From the IMG/VR virus record IMGVR_UViG_3300001097_000002, positions 1 through 64,000 of that record: DNA of 64,000 bases; one strand, 5' to 3'. A program made the position numbers and the translations under genes. Of this stretch, positions 53,161 through 64,000 are shown piece after piece. The notes under the pieces were generated by a model. The model worked only from the letters and a program-made list of their open reading frames with translations. It was not told the DNA's origin and searched no databases. How positions within the stretch are numbered: the stretch's first letter is position 1; each line of letters begins with the position of its first letter. The stretch comes from a virus.

Positions 53161-53613
53161 ATGATGATTAACACTTTTGAGCAATATTTGAATGAGGCTA
53201 AGCAGTTGCCAAACCATACTGCTCCATCAGAAGTTTCTAAAAAAGCAGGTAATGTTTTTGATTCTATGGCAAACGGTATTTATAAGAAAACTGTTGCTAA
53301 ATTTGACAGTACAGTAATTGAAGACCGTGGCGAAATTGTTTATATGTTTGCTAATAGAAAACCTATCATGGCGGCATATAAATCAGAAACTGGTGCCAGT
53401 GTTGAATTTTGCTTTTCTAGCTCAACTGCCGTTGATAGATGTGCAGGTTGGAATTTGTGGAATGGTCGTGAATTTGAGGTTGTATATTCAAACGGCAAAC
53501 CATATGCGGTAGTGGGTAGCGACTATAACAAACCAGAGTTATTAACACACGTCGAGTTAAGTAAAACGAAGTGGTACGACGAAAGTACGTTAGAAGATAT
53601 CTGTAAAATGTAA
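53161..53613 (+). CDS. Putative internal head protein (capsid-targeting tag), paralog of 52611..53036
   Basis: AAGGA RBS, MMINTFEQYLNEAK, GTAAATA at about 53113. Confidence 0.7.
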   Translation: MMINTFEQYLNEAKQLPNHTAPSEVSKKAGNVFDSMANGIYKKTVAKFDSTVIEDRGEIVYMFANRKPIMAAYKSETGASVEFCFSSSTAVDRCAGWNLWNGREFEVVYSNGKPYAVVGSDYNKPELLTHVELSKTKWYDESTLEDICKM

Positions 53614-53802
53614 CATTAAATAAGTATAAAACTAAAAGCGATATAGCTTATGTTATATCGCTTTTCGGGTTGACTAATTTTTGGTTATATGTTAAATTAC
53701 TATGTAAATACGCACATAATCAATTACTATGAATGCCTTTGTCAATTCAACCCAAACTATAAAAATATTTCTTTTAGTAAATACAATAAAAAGGAATATA
53801 AA

Positions 53803-54792
53803 ATGGTTTACTACACTTACGAGATACAGTGCAATACAACAAACAAGCGTTATATAGGTTCGCGCATTACTGCAAACAGAGTTGATATTTTAGACGGGTA
53901 CTACACATCATCAAAAGTAGTTGCGCTATTAATAGAAAAACATGGCATTGATAATTTTAGTGTGATAGGAACTAAACTACACGACACACAAAAAGAAGCG
54001 ATTAAATATGAAAATATCCTGTTACTGAACGCTAAAAACAATAGGCATAAGTACTTAAATATTAATTTTAGCAGTAGTGTTAATGGAGCAGTAATTAAAA
54101 CACAAAGCCATATAAAGATTACTAATACGAAAACAAACGAATGTATATACTACCCTAAAAATGTTTCGCTGCCAAAAGGGTGGATAAAAGGTACTAACTG
54201 CAAACCACCTTCGAGAAAAGGGTTTAAGACGTATTATAATACTGAAACAGGTATTACACAGATACTTGGGCCACATGATGATAAAGTTGGTTACGTGCAA
54301 ATTACAGCTTATAAAAAGCTATTAAAAAATAAAATGAAATCTCAAAGGGGTATACGATGCGTATGGATAACAAATGGTACCAGTAACACTAAAATATACA
54401 AAGATGAGAAACCAAGAAAAGAATGGTGGTTTGGTAAAACGTCTAAGGCAACAAAGCATATTATAACAAACGGATATGAATCTAAGTGGACCAAACGTAC
54501 TGATGAAATTCCAGATGGATGGAAGAAAGGAAAACATTATAAAACGTTTAGTACTAAAGGTATGATTAGAATAACTGACGGATTATCAAACAAAATGATA
54601 AACTCCAGTGAAAAAGTACCGGAAGGATGGTTTAAGGGCAAAGCAAGTAAAAAAATATACATATATGATAATGTCACGTTTTTAAACAGAAAATTATTAC
54701 TAGAGTATCTTAATATATCTGCCAACACGTTTAACTACAATCAATTAAAAAATAAATACGATGGTATACTAGTCGTCAAGGAAAATATATGA
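53803..54792 (+). CDS. Seg-like GIY-YIG homing endonuclease with repeated ITNG…P.GW modules
   Basis: YYTYEI…KRYIGSR…YYTSSK…E…YLN. Start re-assigned to 53803 (AAGGA RBS in a hairpin with GTAAATA). Confidence 0.82.
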   Translation: MVYYTYEIQCNTTNKRYIGSRITANRVDILDGYYTSSKVVALLIEKHGIDNFSVIGTKLHDTQKEAIKYENILLLNAKNNRHKYLNINFSSSVNGAVIKTQSHIKITNTKTNECIYYPKNVSLPKGWIKGTNCKPPSRKGFKTYYNTETGITQILGPHDDKVGYVQITAYKKLLKNKMKSQRGIRCVWITNGTSNTKIYKDEKPRKEWWFGKTSKATKHIITNGYESKWTKRTDEIPDGWKKGKHYKTFSTKGMIRITDGLSNKMINSSEKVPEGWFKGKASKKIYIYDNVTFLNRKLLLEYLNISANTFNYNQLKNKYDGILVVKENI

Positions 54793-56564
54793 ATATAAAG
54801 ATACACTACTATAATGAAATATATATGCGTATTGAAACTGAACGTAGCATTGAATATGAATTGCGTGATGAATTTTCATTTTTCGCAAACGGTTATATGT
54901 ATAATAATAAGTTCAAGAGTGGACAATGGGATGGTAAAATACGCTTGTATAACGGGCGCGACAAAACGTTATACGTTGGTTTACTATTTGATTTATATAA
55001 GTTTGCTAAAAATAACGGCTATACAATCACTGTAAACGAGGATGATAAAAATCAATTCAAACCGTCCGTTGTACTTGATGACGCATGGATTGAGCGTTTT
55101 AATAATGGTATGTCTTTATATCCATTCAAAGAATATCAAGAAAAGGCTTTTATTCAGGCTATCAAATATAATAAAACGCTTATCCTAAGTCCAACAGGTA
55201 GTGGTAAGAGTTTCTTGTTATATGCTATCGTTCGTTACTTGATTGACTGTGGTCACGTGGGTGGTAAGAAGCGTATGCTCATTAACGTTCCAAATATTGG
55301 TTTAGTTACTCAATTACTATCGGACTTTAAAGAATACACCACTGATGGTTTTGATATCGAGAACTACATTACCCAAGCGGGTGGTGATAACGTTGAAGAT
55401 GATAGCAAACCAATTGTTATCAGTACGTGGCAGACTTCTATGCGTAAACCACAAGAATATTTTGAGAGTTTTACCGCATACGCGCTCGATGAAGCACACC
55501 AAGCAACTGCTAAAGAAATCACCAACATTATTGACAAACTTGAATTTTGCAAGTTTAAAATCGGTATGACTGGCACACTTGACGGCACCTCAATGCACGA
55601 ATTAGAAATGAGAGCGCGGTTTGGTAAACTGTATAGAGCCGCAACTACTAAGCAATTGATGGATAGTGGTGACCTTGCTAAGCTTGCAATTGATGCTAGA
55701 GTTATAATGTATGGCGAGGACGATATCAAAGCGCTACACAAGGAGATACGTGGCAAAACAGCGGTATTAAAGTATAAGGCTGAGATTGATTATATCGTTG
55801 AACACGAAGGTCGTAACAAATATTTAATGGATACTGCATTTGCCACTGATAAAAATACATTGATGCTTTTTAACTATGTTGATAAACACGGTAAGGTTTT
55901 ACTCGAGAAAATGATGCCTTTACAAGATGAACATTGCAAACGTGTATACTTCATATATGGTGGTGTTAAAGGCAACGAACGTGAAGAGATTCGACAATTG
56001 CTTGATAAAAAGCCTCCTGTATGGTACGACATTTATGTAAGCGACAATGAATTTATTCGCATTCGTGGGTCAAAAACTATTACATTAACAGATGGTAAAA
56101 CAGTAAGTGGTTACGATTTACAGCTTCACAAGAAATATGATATATGTAATGAATGGTTGAGGACTGTTATCGAGAACGAATTACATTACAATACCATTTC
56201 ATATAATGACGAAGTAAATTACAAATCCACAAAAACTGTTGTTAAACGCGGGTCATGCATTTTGTTAGCGTCATATGGTACACTGACCGTGGGTATTAAT
56301 ATTAAGAATTTACATACGTTATTATTATGTCACCCTGTTAAAGGTCAAATACGGTTATTACAAAGTATCGGGCGTATCCTACGTAAGACGAATGATAAAA
56401 ATGAGGTAACACTTATTGATGTTGTTGATAACTTAGAAAAGAAAACCGCTAAGAAAACAAGCAAAAATACGCTACTAAAACAGTTTTTAACACGTTTAGA
56501 AATATACGAAAAGCAAGAGTTTGATTACAATATTAGTAAAGTATCATTAGAAAATAACCAATAG
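54789..56564 (+). CDS. uvsW: UvsW SF2 DNA helicase
   Basis: WDGKIRL, SPTGSGKS, DEAH, GMTGT, ASYG…GINIKNLH, QSIGRILR; about 80-aa insertion in the second RecA domain. Confidence 0.95.
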   Translation: MNIKIHYYNEIYMRIETERSIEYELRDEFSFFANGYMYNNKFKSGQWDGKIRLYNGRDKTLYVGLLFDLYKFAKNNGYTITVNEDDKNQFKPSVVLDDAWIERFNNGMSLYPFKEYQEKAFIQAIKYNKTLILSPTGSGKSFLLYAIVRYLIDCGHVGGKKRMLINVPNIGLVTQLLSDFKEYTTDGFDIENYITQAGGDNVEDDSKPIVISTWQTSMRKPQEYFESFTAYALDEAHQATAKEITNIIDKLEFCKFKIGMTGTLDGTSMHELEMRARFGKLYRAATTKQLMDSGDLAKLAIDARVIMYGEDDIKALHKEIRGKTAVLKYKAEIDYIVEHEGRNKYLMDTAFATDKNTLMLFNYVDKHGKVLLEKMMPLQDEHCKRVYFIYGGVKGNEREEIRQLLDKKPPVWYDIYVSDNEFIRIRGSKTITLTDGKTVSGYDLQLHKKYDICNEWLRTVIENELHYNTISYNDEVNYKSTKTVVKRGSCILLASYGTLTVGINIKNLHTLLLCHPVKGQIRLLQSIGRILRKTNDKNEVTLIDVVDNLEKKTAKKTSKNTLLKQFLTRLEIYEKQEFDYNISKVSLENNQ

Positions 56565-56938
56565 GGCGTATATGAGTTTTAATATGGATAATTATAGTTT
56601 AGAAGACATCATTACTAATCTCTGGTGTGTGATTGATACTGTTACGGGTTTAACCCACATCGGTGTTTTAGTTAATGAGAGTGATAACACTACTATTGTG
56701 TTACACTGTCCGAGATGTGTTATTGAGAACGAAAAAACAAACCAAGTTGTGTTAACACAACCAATGTATATTGGGTCACCTAAAGGCGTTTTTAAGCTAA
56801 ATTGCAATACTGCGAATATACAGTTTAGTCCATGTGATGAAGTGGTTGAAGCTTATATTAAATCATTAATGCAAGCAGAAGAATCGCTTAGTTCTGATAT
56901 GTATACCATAGACGCAATACAATAAATGAGGTATTATT

Positions 56939-57448
56939 TTGACAGTTAAAAGTGAAGAAAGGATTAGTGAAGTTACCGGTAAAAATGTTGTTGATTATGT
57001 TGATAATGAAACGTTCACTGCTGCAATGCATGCATATGTTACCAGACAAAGTGAGCGTGAAGAAGCAGGTTTAACACGTGAAATGATACCTGATTACATT
57101 GGTGCATGCATTCTAAAGATTGTTAACGGTTTAGGGTCACGTCCAAATTTCCGGAACTACACGTATCTTCCGGAAATGAAAGGTGACGCTACGGTAGCAG
57201 CAGTAAAAGCAGTACATAAATTTGATATTGAGCGCTGCAAAACTGGTGCATTTGGCTTTATCACTTTCTGCGCTTGGCGCTTCATGGTAAACCGTATTAA
57301 GATTGAGCATAAACAGCAATCCATTAAAGAAAGCATGATTATTGACCCAACCTTTGAATTTTATGAAACTATGGGACATAATGATGATGCTGTTAGTATC
57401 GACAAAGAAAACAGCATTGATACATACTTCCAAGGAAAAATGAGATAA
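56939..57448 (+). CDS. gp55: Late-transcription sigma factor
   Basis: YVDNETF…IPDYIGACILKI..GL..RPNF.NYTY..EM..DA. Confidence 0.92.
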   Translation: MTVKSEERISEVTGKNVVDYVDNETFTAAMHAYVTRQSEREEAGLTREMIPDYIGACILKIVNGLGSRPNFRNYTYLPEMKGDATVAAVKAVHKFDIERCKTGAFGFITFCAWRFMVNRIKIEHKQQSIKESMIIDPTFEFYETMGHNDDAVSIDKENSIDTYFQGKMR

Positions 57449-59070
57449 ATTATGAATACAAATAAAATTGAAAATAACTTACAGAAAATCAAGGCTATTA
57501 CATTTATTAATTCAGTTATAGATATTAAATGCGTTATTGATTTAGAAGACGAGTGCGTATTAAGTTACACGCATAATATTAAATCACCTATTAGAGATAG
57601 TAATTTTGGGCATAGTAAACTGTTAGCATATGAAGGCGCCATTGAGTTGTTTCACAAGCTATATGGTAATAATGTACCAGTTGAGAATGAACGCGGTAAT
57701 GACAGCGAATATGCAATGTCTGACTTAATTTATAATTTTATTGAAACTAATACGTTTGATGTTAAAAAATTAACATCTCTTATTAACACCATATCAAGTA
57801 ACCTGAACATTACAGGCGCGTTAAATCGCTTAGCAGGTGAGTTTATTCCTAAATTAATGGCGGGTCGTGCAACAGGTCATACACATGCCATCAAACGCTT
57901 TATTGTCGATAACCCTAATTTACGAATAGGAGTTGTTGTAAGTGAGTATCAATTTAGAGATGATTTTAAAAAATATAAAAACGCATATATGATTAGAAAG
58001 TGTATTGCACCAATCGGTTTCGTTGATGATAGATTACACGGTGTTAAACTTGATTATATTATATATGATGTCATTGGTGATAATGGACTTGACATTAATG
58101 CACTTCAACGTGTTTTATATGTAAACACTCACGATAATACTAGACTTGTTGGTTTAGGTAACTAAATTTATATAATTGGAGTTGTTATGTTTGGTATTTC
58201 TATGTTACAATACAGTTTATAAAATTGCAGAATGGGAACTAAAGGTAATTTAATATGATGTGGACCTCTGGTGTTTTAGATATTTTTATAAAAACCGAAT
58301 ATTCATACTTAGTAAAAACAGGTATGCTTGAACATGCAATGTTTGAAGAAAATGAAAGGGATTGCCCATACTTGCTTGTTAATGATGTCGATGCGTATAT
58401 TGAAGAACTTATAGGTATTTGTAAATATAATGATTATGTTATTGGTATTATATGCAACAAATCGAGTGATTTTAAAAAATACAGTCGCATACCTCAGAGT
58501 TTTCGCGTATCAGAAAACAGTATACGTGGACGCTCACCAACACACTATATTGTTGACTTTGACTGTATAGATGCAAATATAAACATTGCACACGATGCAA
58601 TTATGCGCTCATGTAATTTTACAGACGCAAAATATTTTAAAACTAAATGTTTACTACCAAAAGAGATTGTATAATATGTTAGATAGCAATGATGACTTTG
58701 ACTTCATCGTAAAACAACAGAAGCGCAAAAAGCAAAGTAAATCAACTTCTGCTCTATATGAAGTTACATATACGAAAAACGAATTGGATAACGTTTATGA
58801 TGTACGCGCTAAAAATGAGGGTGAGGCATCACGTAAAGTAAAAAGTAAGTTTGGTAATGTATCAATATCAAATACAGTAGAAATTTCATAGTGTTTGATT
58901 ATGATTACGGTTTATTGTTGTTTACCATTACACTTCGTTGTAATGGAACAATTATTATTATTAGAGCGAAGTCAAAAAGTATACGCCTTGCTAGAATAGA
59001 TATTTTAAAACGTTTTAGTAACGCTGAAGTTGTCGACATTAAATTCATCGAATACGTAAGGTATTAAATT

Positions 59071-59658
59071 ATGAACACTGCTAAGAAAATAGAATTACCT
59101 GACTTAATTAATATGGTAGAAAATGTTAGTTATACAATCCTACCTGATAGTACAATTACGGTATGTAAAATTACATTAAAAAGTGGCTTTAAAGCTATTG
59201 GTTATAGTGTAACAGTTAACGAAGCTGATTTTAATGAACAAACAGGTCAACAGGTTTCGTACGATAATGCAATTGACACGCTATGGGAACTTGAAGGTTA
59301 TCACCGTATTGCCAAACAGTATGCTAGTGAACAAATAGATGAAGCTAACACTCACCTGTGGGAAAACAGCACACTTGGCGCTGATATTGAGTATGCACAA
59401 TTAGCACCACTTGCAGCCGATGTTATGTTGCAAGAAATTGTACAAGATAGAAAAGGTTACTTCGATTATTGTGACAAATATGCACCATCAACTGATGCGA
59501 ACAGTAACTATGTACTGCCAGAGCTTGGCGTAATTGAACAATATGTTAAAAAATCAAAAATGCCTGATTGTATAATGAACATATTAAAAGCAAATAAATT
59601 AACAGTTAGGGGTAGATACAAACAGACTAATCTTAAAGCACCTCACAGAGATAATTAA
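59071..59658 (+). CDS. N4 Gp49/Sf6 gp66-like family protein with C-terminal extension
   Basis: TVCKITLKSGF..IGYS..V…FNEQ.G…YDNA…LWELEGY. Confidence 0.7.
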   Translation: MNTAKKIELPDLINMVENVSYTILPDSTITVCKITLKSGFKAIGYSVTVNEADFNEQTGQQVSYDNAIDTLWELEGYHRIAKQYASEQIDEANTHLWENSTLGADIEYAQLAPLAADVMLQEIVQDRKGYFDYCDKYAPSTDANSNYVLPELGVIEQYVKKSKMPDCIMNILKANKLTVRGRYKQTNLKAPHRDN

Positions 59659-59870
59659 AACATAAGAATTATACTTGGAACAGCAAAACACTCCATATCA
59701 TAGACGTAGGTGTTAATTTAAATTCGCATTCATTGGTTGTTATATGTTATACTAAAACAATAGCAAAGACATAACAGCAGTTATATTAGCTGATATTTGA
59801 ATACAAATAGTAAATATGTATAATGCGTCCTTGCTTAATAGGATTCAACAATTAATTAAGGAGTAAAAAA

Positions 59871-60551
59871 ATGAGCGGTTTTAGACAATACCTAAGGGAA
59901 AATGCAGACAACAATGAACAGTCACTTAACGAATCATCAATTACAAGATTTTTAAGACACTTCCAAAAATATGATGCTGCTATTATTACAGCTTTCCGCG
60001 ATGGTTTTACAAAACGCGAAAACAAAGCGCGTAATAAAGAGTTATTCTCAGCACTTTATGCGGCTGGCTACTCAATTACTCGAGTGGATGGTAGCTACAT
60101 TGAGAACTTTGATACTAAAGACGCTGTCACAGTAGCAGAAGAATCTTACGTTGTTGTCAACTACAAAGAAAAATCAAACTTTCATGCCACTATCAAAAAA
60201 CTTGGTATCAAATACGAACAGGATAGTGTATTACTTATCCACAGTGGTGATAAACCGTCTGCCGAATTATTTGGCACTAACAGAGATTCAGTCTGGCCTG
60301 CGTACGGTACAGGTGAAAAGACTGGTAAATTATCATTATCAAGTGGAAATCAATTCTTTACGCGCCTACGTAACAAAGAATTTGCGTTTCTGACTGATGA
60401 AGACAAAGAGGAAAAGCGCAAGCGTAATAACGGAAAGGTTAATGAAAACAATTATATTGATGTAGGCGATATTGCACCAACTTCACGTCTAAGTAAACAA
60501 GGTTGTGTTACAGTAGGCAATCGCATTTTAAGCGAATTAGGTCAAATTTAA
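59871..60551 (+). CDS. Putative internal head protein (capsid-targeting tag)
   Basis: MSGFRQYLRE…SLNESS; GTAAATA at about 59810; followed by a terminator at about 60573. Confidence 0.6.
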   Translation: MSGFRQYLRENADNNEQSLNESSITRFLRHFQKYDAAIITAFRDGFTKRENKARNKELFSALYAAGYSITRVDGSYIENFDTKDAVTVAEESYVVVNYKEKSNFHATIKKLGIKYEQDSVLLIHSGDKPSAELFGTNRDSVWPAYGTGEKTGKLSLSSGNQFFTRLRNKEFAFLTDEDKEEKRKRNNGKVNENNYIDVGDIAPTSRLSKQGCVTVGNRILSELGQI

Positions 60552-61023
60552 TCTATTAAGAAGTATATGTTTAAGAGCCTCATTTATTGGGGCTTTTTTG
60601 CGCTTGTAATTATACGATAATTGTTATATAATAATTACTAATCAATTGGAGATGCTATGAACAAACTTAAACTTATTAATAAAAATAACGGTATAGAAGT
60701 AGATGATATTGGAATTATCAGTTTTTTCTTTACTGACAATAAAATACTAAGCATGTCAATTAATATTATAGATAATAAAATTAGTACTGACATGCTCCAT
60801 CAAGCCCATGCTGATTATTCGGGAATTCTACACGCGGTTATCGATAAACTAAACAGTGAGGTATTATCAGTCATGGTTGAAGATTGCAACCTGGAAAATA
60901 ATGCGGATGATTATTACCAAGCGGTTAATGCAATCAAAAAGTATTGTGCGGAGTCGTTATGACACCTGTGCCAGTATCAGATATACGCTCATTCAATAAT
61001 TGTAAACAAAAAGGAAAATAAAT

Positions 61024-62076
61024 ATGTTGATAGGTATTATAACCGATATTCATCTGGATTGCAGAGGTGGTAGTCAATACTTTTTAGACCAATATAAAAA
61101 GTTCTTTGATGAACAGTTCTTTCCATATTTAAAAGAACATAACATAACAACTGTTTTAATAGGTGGTGACACGTGGGAAAGCCGCAAGCACATTAACGTT
61201 AACACTATGTATCATGCCAAGCGTATGTTTTTTAGTCGTTTAAAGGAAAATAACATTGAGACCATTAGTATACTTGGCAACCACGATGTTGTGTACAAAA
61301 ATACAAATCAAGTTCATAGTATGGAGTTTGTTGAAGATACTTATAGTAATTTTCGCACTATTTATGATAGCGATGTTGTGGATTTTGATGGGTGTGCAAT
61401 TGGTCTTATTTCTTGGATAAACAAAGAAAACTTTGATGAACGCTTAAAATTTATTGAGACTGCTAAATGTGACTACTTGTTAGGTCACTTTGAAATTAAT
61501 GGTTTTGAAATGTCAAAAGGACATCCTTGCGAGAATGGTTTAAAGGCAAGTGTGTTTAAAAATTATACTGAAGTGTGGAGTGGTCATTTCCATATTAGAA
61601 GTAAGATTGATAATATTCGTTATTTAGGAAACCCATTCCAAACTACTCGTGGCGATATCGGTTACTCACGTGGCTTCCATGTTTTTGATACTGATGCGCG
61701 TGAACTGACTTTTATTGAGAATGAATTTAACATTTACGAAGCCGTATATTTTAATGATGATATCAATATAAAAGAATATGATTTTGACAAGTATACTAAT
61801 AAAATTGTTATAGTGTATGTGGATAATTTACTTAACGCCAATACTGACTTGCTTAATATTTTTATTGACAAACTCAACCACATATGCCACAAGGTTGAAG
61901 TAGAAGAAACTAGTCGTATGCAAGTTGATAACATTGCGGTAGATGATGCTGATGTTAAGTCGCACACAGAAATCATTGCTGATTATATTGATGGTGTTAT
62001 GGACGATGACGCTCAAAACAGTAAGGTTAAACAGATTATGATTGAACGTTATAATGAATGTATTAACGAGAGTTAA
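61024..62076 (+). CDS. gp47: Recombination nuclease subunit (Mre11/SbcD-like)
   Basis: TDIH, GGD, GNHD, GHFE, SGHFH, YLGNP. Confidence 0.95.
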   Translation: MLIGIITDIHLDCRGGSQYFLDQYKKFFDEQFFPYLKEHNITTVLIGGDTWESRKHINVNTMYHAKRMFFSRLKENNIETISILGNHDVVYKNTNQVHSMEFVEDTYSNFRTIYDSDVVDFDGCAIGLISWINKENFDERLKFIETAKCDYLLGHFEINGFEMSKGHPCENGLKASVFKNYTEVWSGHFHIRSKIDNIRYLGNPFQTTRGDIGYSRGFHVFDTDARELTFIENEFNIYEAVYFNDDINIKEYDFDKYTNKIVIVYVDNLLNANTDLLNIFIDKLNHICHKVEVEETSRMQVDNIAVDDADVKSHTEIIADYIDGVMDDDAQNSKVKQIMIERYNECINES

Positions 62077-62723
62077 AGTGTGTTATTATGCATATATAAA
62101 TTAAAGGATGTGAAGTATGTTTGAATTAATAAAAAAGTTTATGAACGCGCTAGGTAAAGACAAGAAAGCTCATATTCTAAAATGCGTAGAAGATGGCGAT
62201 GACGATGATAGAGAAGTTAAACTTTTTATTGCGTCGGTTTGTGAACACTTAAAAATTAACCGTTTTGATACAGGTATACAAAAAATAATTAGAAACAATA
62301 TCAGTAAACTATCTACTCACAAACCAGTAGTTACTAAGGTAAAAGTAGCTACCACGAAACCTAAACCTAAGACGATACCGCATACTGCTACCACATCAAC
62401 TGATAAAATACATAACAAGTCATTTGACGATAGTGGTACAAGGAAATCATTTTTTAACCTTTAAGGTATATTATTATGAACAATCTTAGTGGTCGTGATA
62501 AAATTTATAATATATTAACAGTCGTAATTGTTGAGCATCTCAATGTTTTTGCAAGTTTAGATTGGATGTTAGAATGTAGTTTAGATGAATTACGAGGTGG
62601 AGCAGAAGCTAATTTACTAGTAACCAAGGCAATTGAGAGGTTTACACATGATAAAGCTTCGTATGATGGGTATAGAGATGATATACTATTAATGATACCA
62701 GACATAATTGAGAAGGTTAACAA

Positions 62724-64000
62724 ATGAAGAAGTTAGAATTACAAAAAGTACGTTGGAAAAACTTCTTATCATATGGTGAGACGTGGAGTGAAATAGAATT
62801 TACTAGTCATAGATTTACAATTATAAACTCACCAAATGGTTTTGGAAAATCATCATTTATCGAAGCGACTTGTTTTGCATTGTTTGGTAAGACTATACGT
62901 AAAGTTCCAAAGTCAAATCTAGTCAATACTAAAAATCAAAAAGGTACATTAGTTGAATTAAAGTTTATTAGTAATGATAAAACATATTTAGTTAGGCGCG
63001 GTATCAAACCAGCTAAGTTTGAAATATACGAAGATAAGACATTAATAGCGCAAGACGCAAGTGTACGTGAATACCAGGAAAAACTTGATGCCATCATCGG
63101 TATTGACTATAACACTTTTATTCAAACTGTTATTATCAGTAAGACAAAATATGTACCATTTATGAAGCTAGATGCTGCCTCACGTAGAGAGTTCGTTGAG
63201 AACTTACTAACATTAACAGTGTTTGGTAACATGAATAAAAAACAAAAACTAATAATGTCAACTTTAAAAGAACAGTTGCAAACACTCAAAAGCCAATATA
63301 GTATAAATAAAAATAATATTGAGCAAGCAGAAAATAACGTTAAAAGTATCAATGAACTGTTACAACAGAACCTAACCGAAAAACGCGACTATATTAACAA
63401 TCGTATTGATGAACTAAAAGATACTAATGCAGAAATAAAAGAATCAGCTAAAAAATTAAAAGATACATTGTACGTTGATGAAGATGATACAATTAACGTA
63501 TGGGACGCAACGCAACGTTCAATTGTCGATTTAGTAGGTGAGGTAAAACATAGAGAACTTGTGTTAACAAAACTTAAAAATTCTTCTGATACGTGTGGCT
63601 CGTGTGGTCAGGAATTAACAGATGCGCATGTTGAGCACACGAATAAAAATATACGTGAGGAAGAGGATGACTTAGAAACGTGTAACATTAAATTGAAACG
63701 TGACCGCGAGCTATTATTAAAATTGCAACCTAAGTTTGATTTAATTATAGGAAACACTGAAACAGAACACGAAATAAAAAACATGGTACAAAAAATTAAA
63801 GGTAACATTAAGCAAATAGAAAATATTGAGCGTGAACGCGACAGTATTGTATTTGATGATAGTAATGATAAACTTGATGCCGCCAAAGAAAAGTTAATGC
63901 AATTCAGAAATGATTATGCTACAATAACGCAAGAACTTAAGGGTTGCAAAGAAGAGTACGAATATAATGCTATCGTTTATGATATGCTGAAGGATGGTGG
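62724..64000 (+). CDS. gp46: Recombination ATPase subunit (Rad50/SbcC-like), runs off right edge
   Basis: MKKLELQKVRWKNFLSYG…NGFGKSS…ALFGK, coiled coil, CGSCGQ zinc hook. Not in the ORF track because it has no stop in the window. Confidence 0.93.
   Translation, partial: MKKLELQKVRWKNFLSYGETWSEIEFTSHRFTIINSPNGFGKSSFIEATCFALFGKTIRKVPKSNLVNTKNQKGTLVELKFISNDKTYLVRRGIKPAKFEIYEDKTLIAQDASVREYQEKLDAIIGIDYNTFIQTVIISKTKYVPFMKLDAASRREFVENLLTLTVFGNMNKKQKLIMSTLKEQLQTLKSQYSINKNNIEQAENNVKSINELLQQNLTEKRDYINNRIDELKDTNAEIKESAKKLKDTLYVDEDDTINVWDATQRSIVDLVGEVKHRELVLTKLKNSSDTCGSCGQELTDAHVEHTNKNIREEEDDLETCNIKLKRDRELLLKLQPKFDLIIGNTETEHEIKNMVQKIKGNIKQIENIERERDSIVFDDSNDKLDAAKEKLMQFRNDYATITQELKGCKEEYEYNAIVYDMLKDG

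Noticed and set aside
1-64000. Retron, diversity-generating retroelement, integrase or transposase
   Set aside because: No reverse transcriptase, recombinase or transposase motifs recognised. No site-specific invertase for the 40-kb inverted repeat is seen in the window either.

Overview
AT-rich segment of a large T4-related myophage genome (host not determinable from sequence). It carries T4-like core genes: gp5, gp54, gp2, gp53, gp48, gp4, uvsX, gp43, uvsW, gp55, gp47 and the start of gp46. Also present are a DNA ligase, QueD, an embedded spanin pair, a tRNA cluster (about 18.8-21.7 kb), at least four free-standing homing endonuclease genes and many small accessory ORFs behind sigma70-like promoters with a stereotyped TATTGGAG leader. 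Five things stand out. (1) The B-family DNA polymerase is encoded by three separate genes, so both the exonuclease and polymerase active sites are split between chains; the third gene also carries an ORF-less group I intron. (2) A terminase large-subunit N-fragment ends in a 31-aa split-intein N-half whose partner is not in the window. (3) Two copies of a 200-300 bp element lie 40 kb apart in inverted orientation; each has a promoter, a conserved 21-22 aa CxxC micropeptide, tandem repeats and GCGAAGC mini-hairpins (candidate twin replication origins). (4) About eight unrelated proteins, including a HIT hydrolase, share a T4-like N-terminal capsid-targeting tag, suggesting a set of injected cargo proteins. 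(5) A roughly 200-nt multibranch structured RNA sits in the tRNA cluster. All family assignments are from motif recognition by eye; no searches were run.
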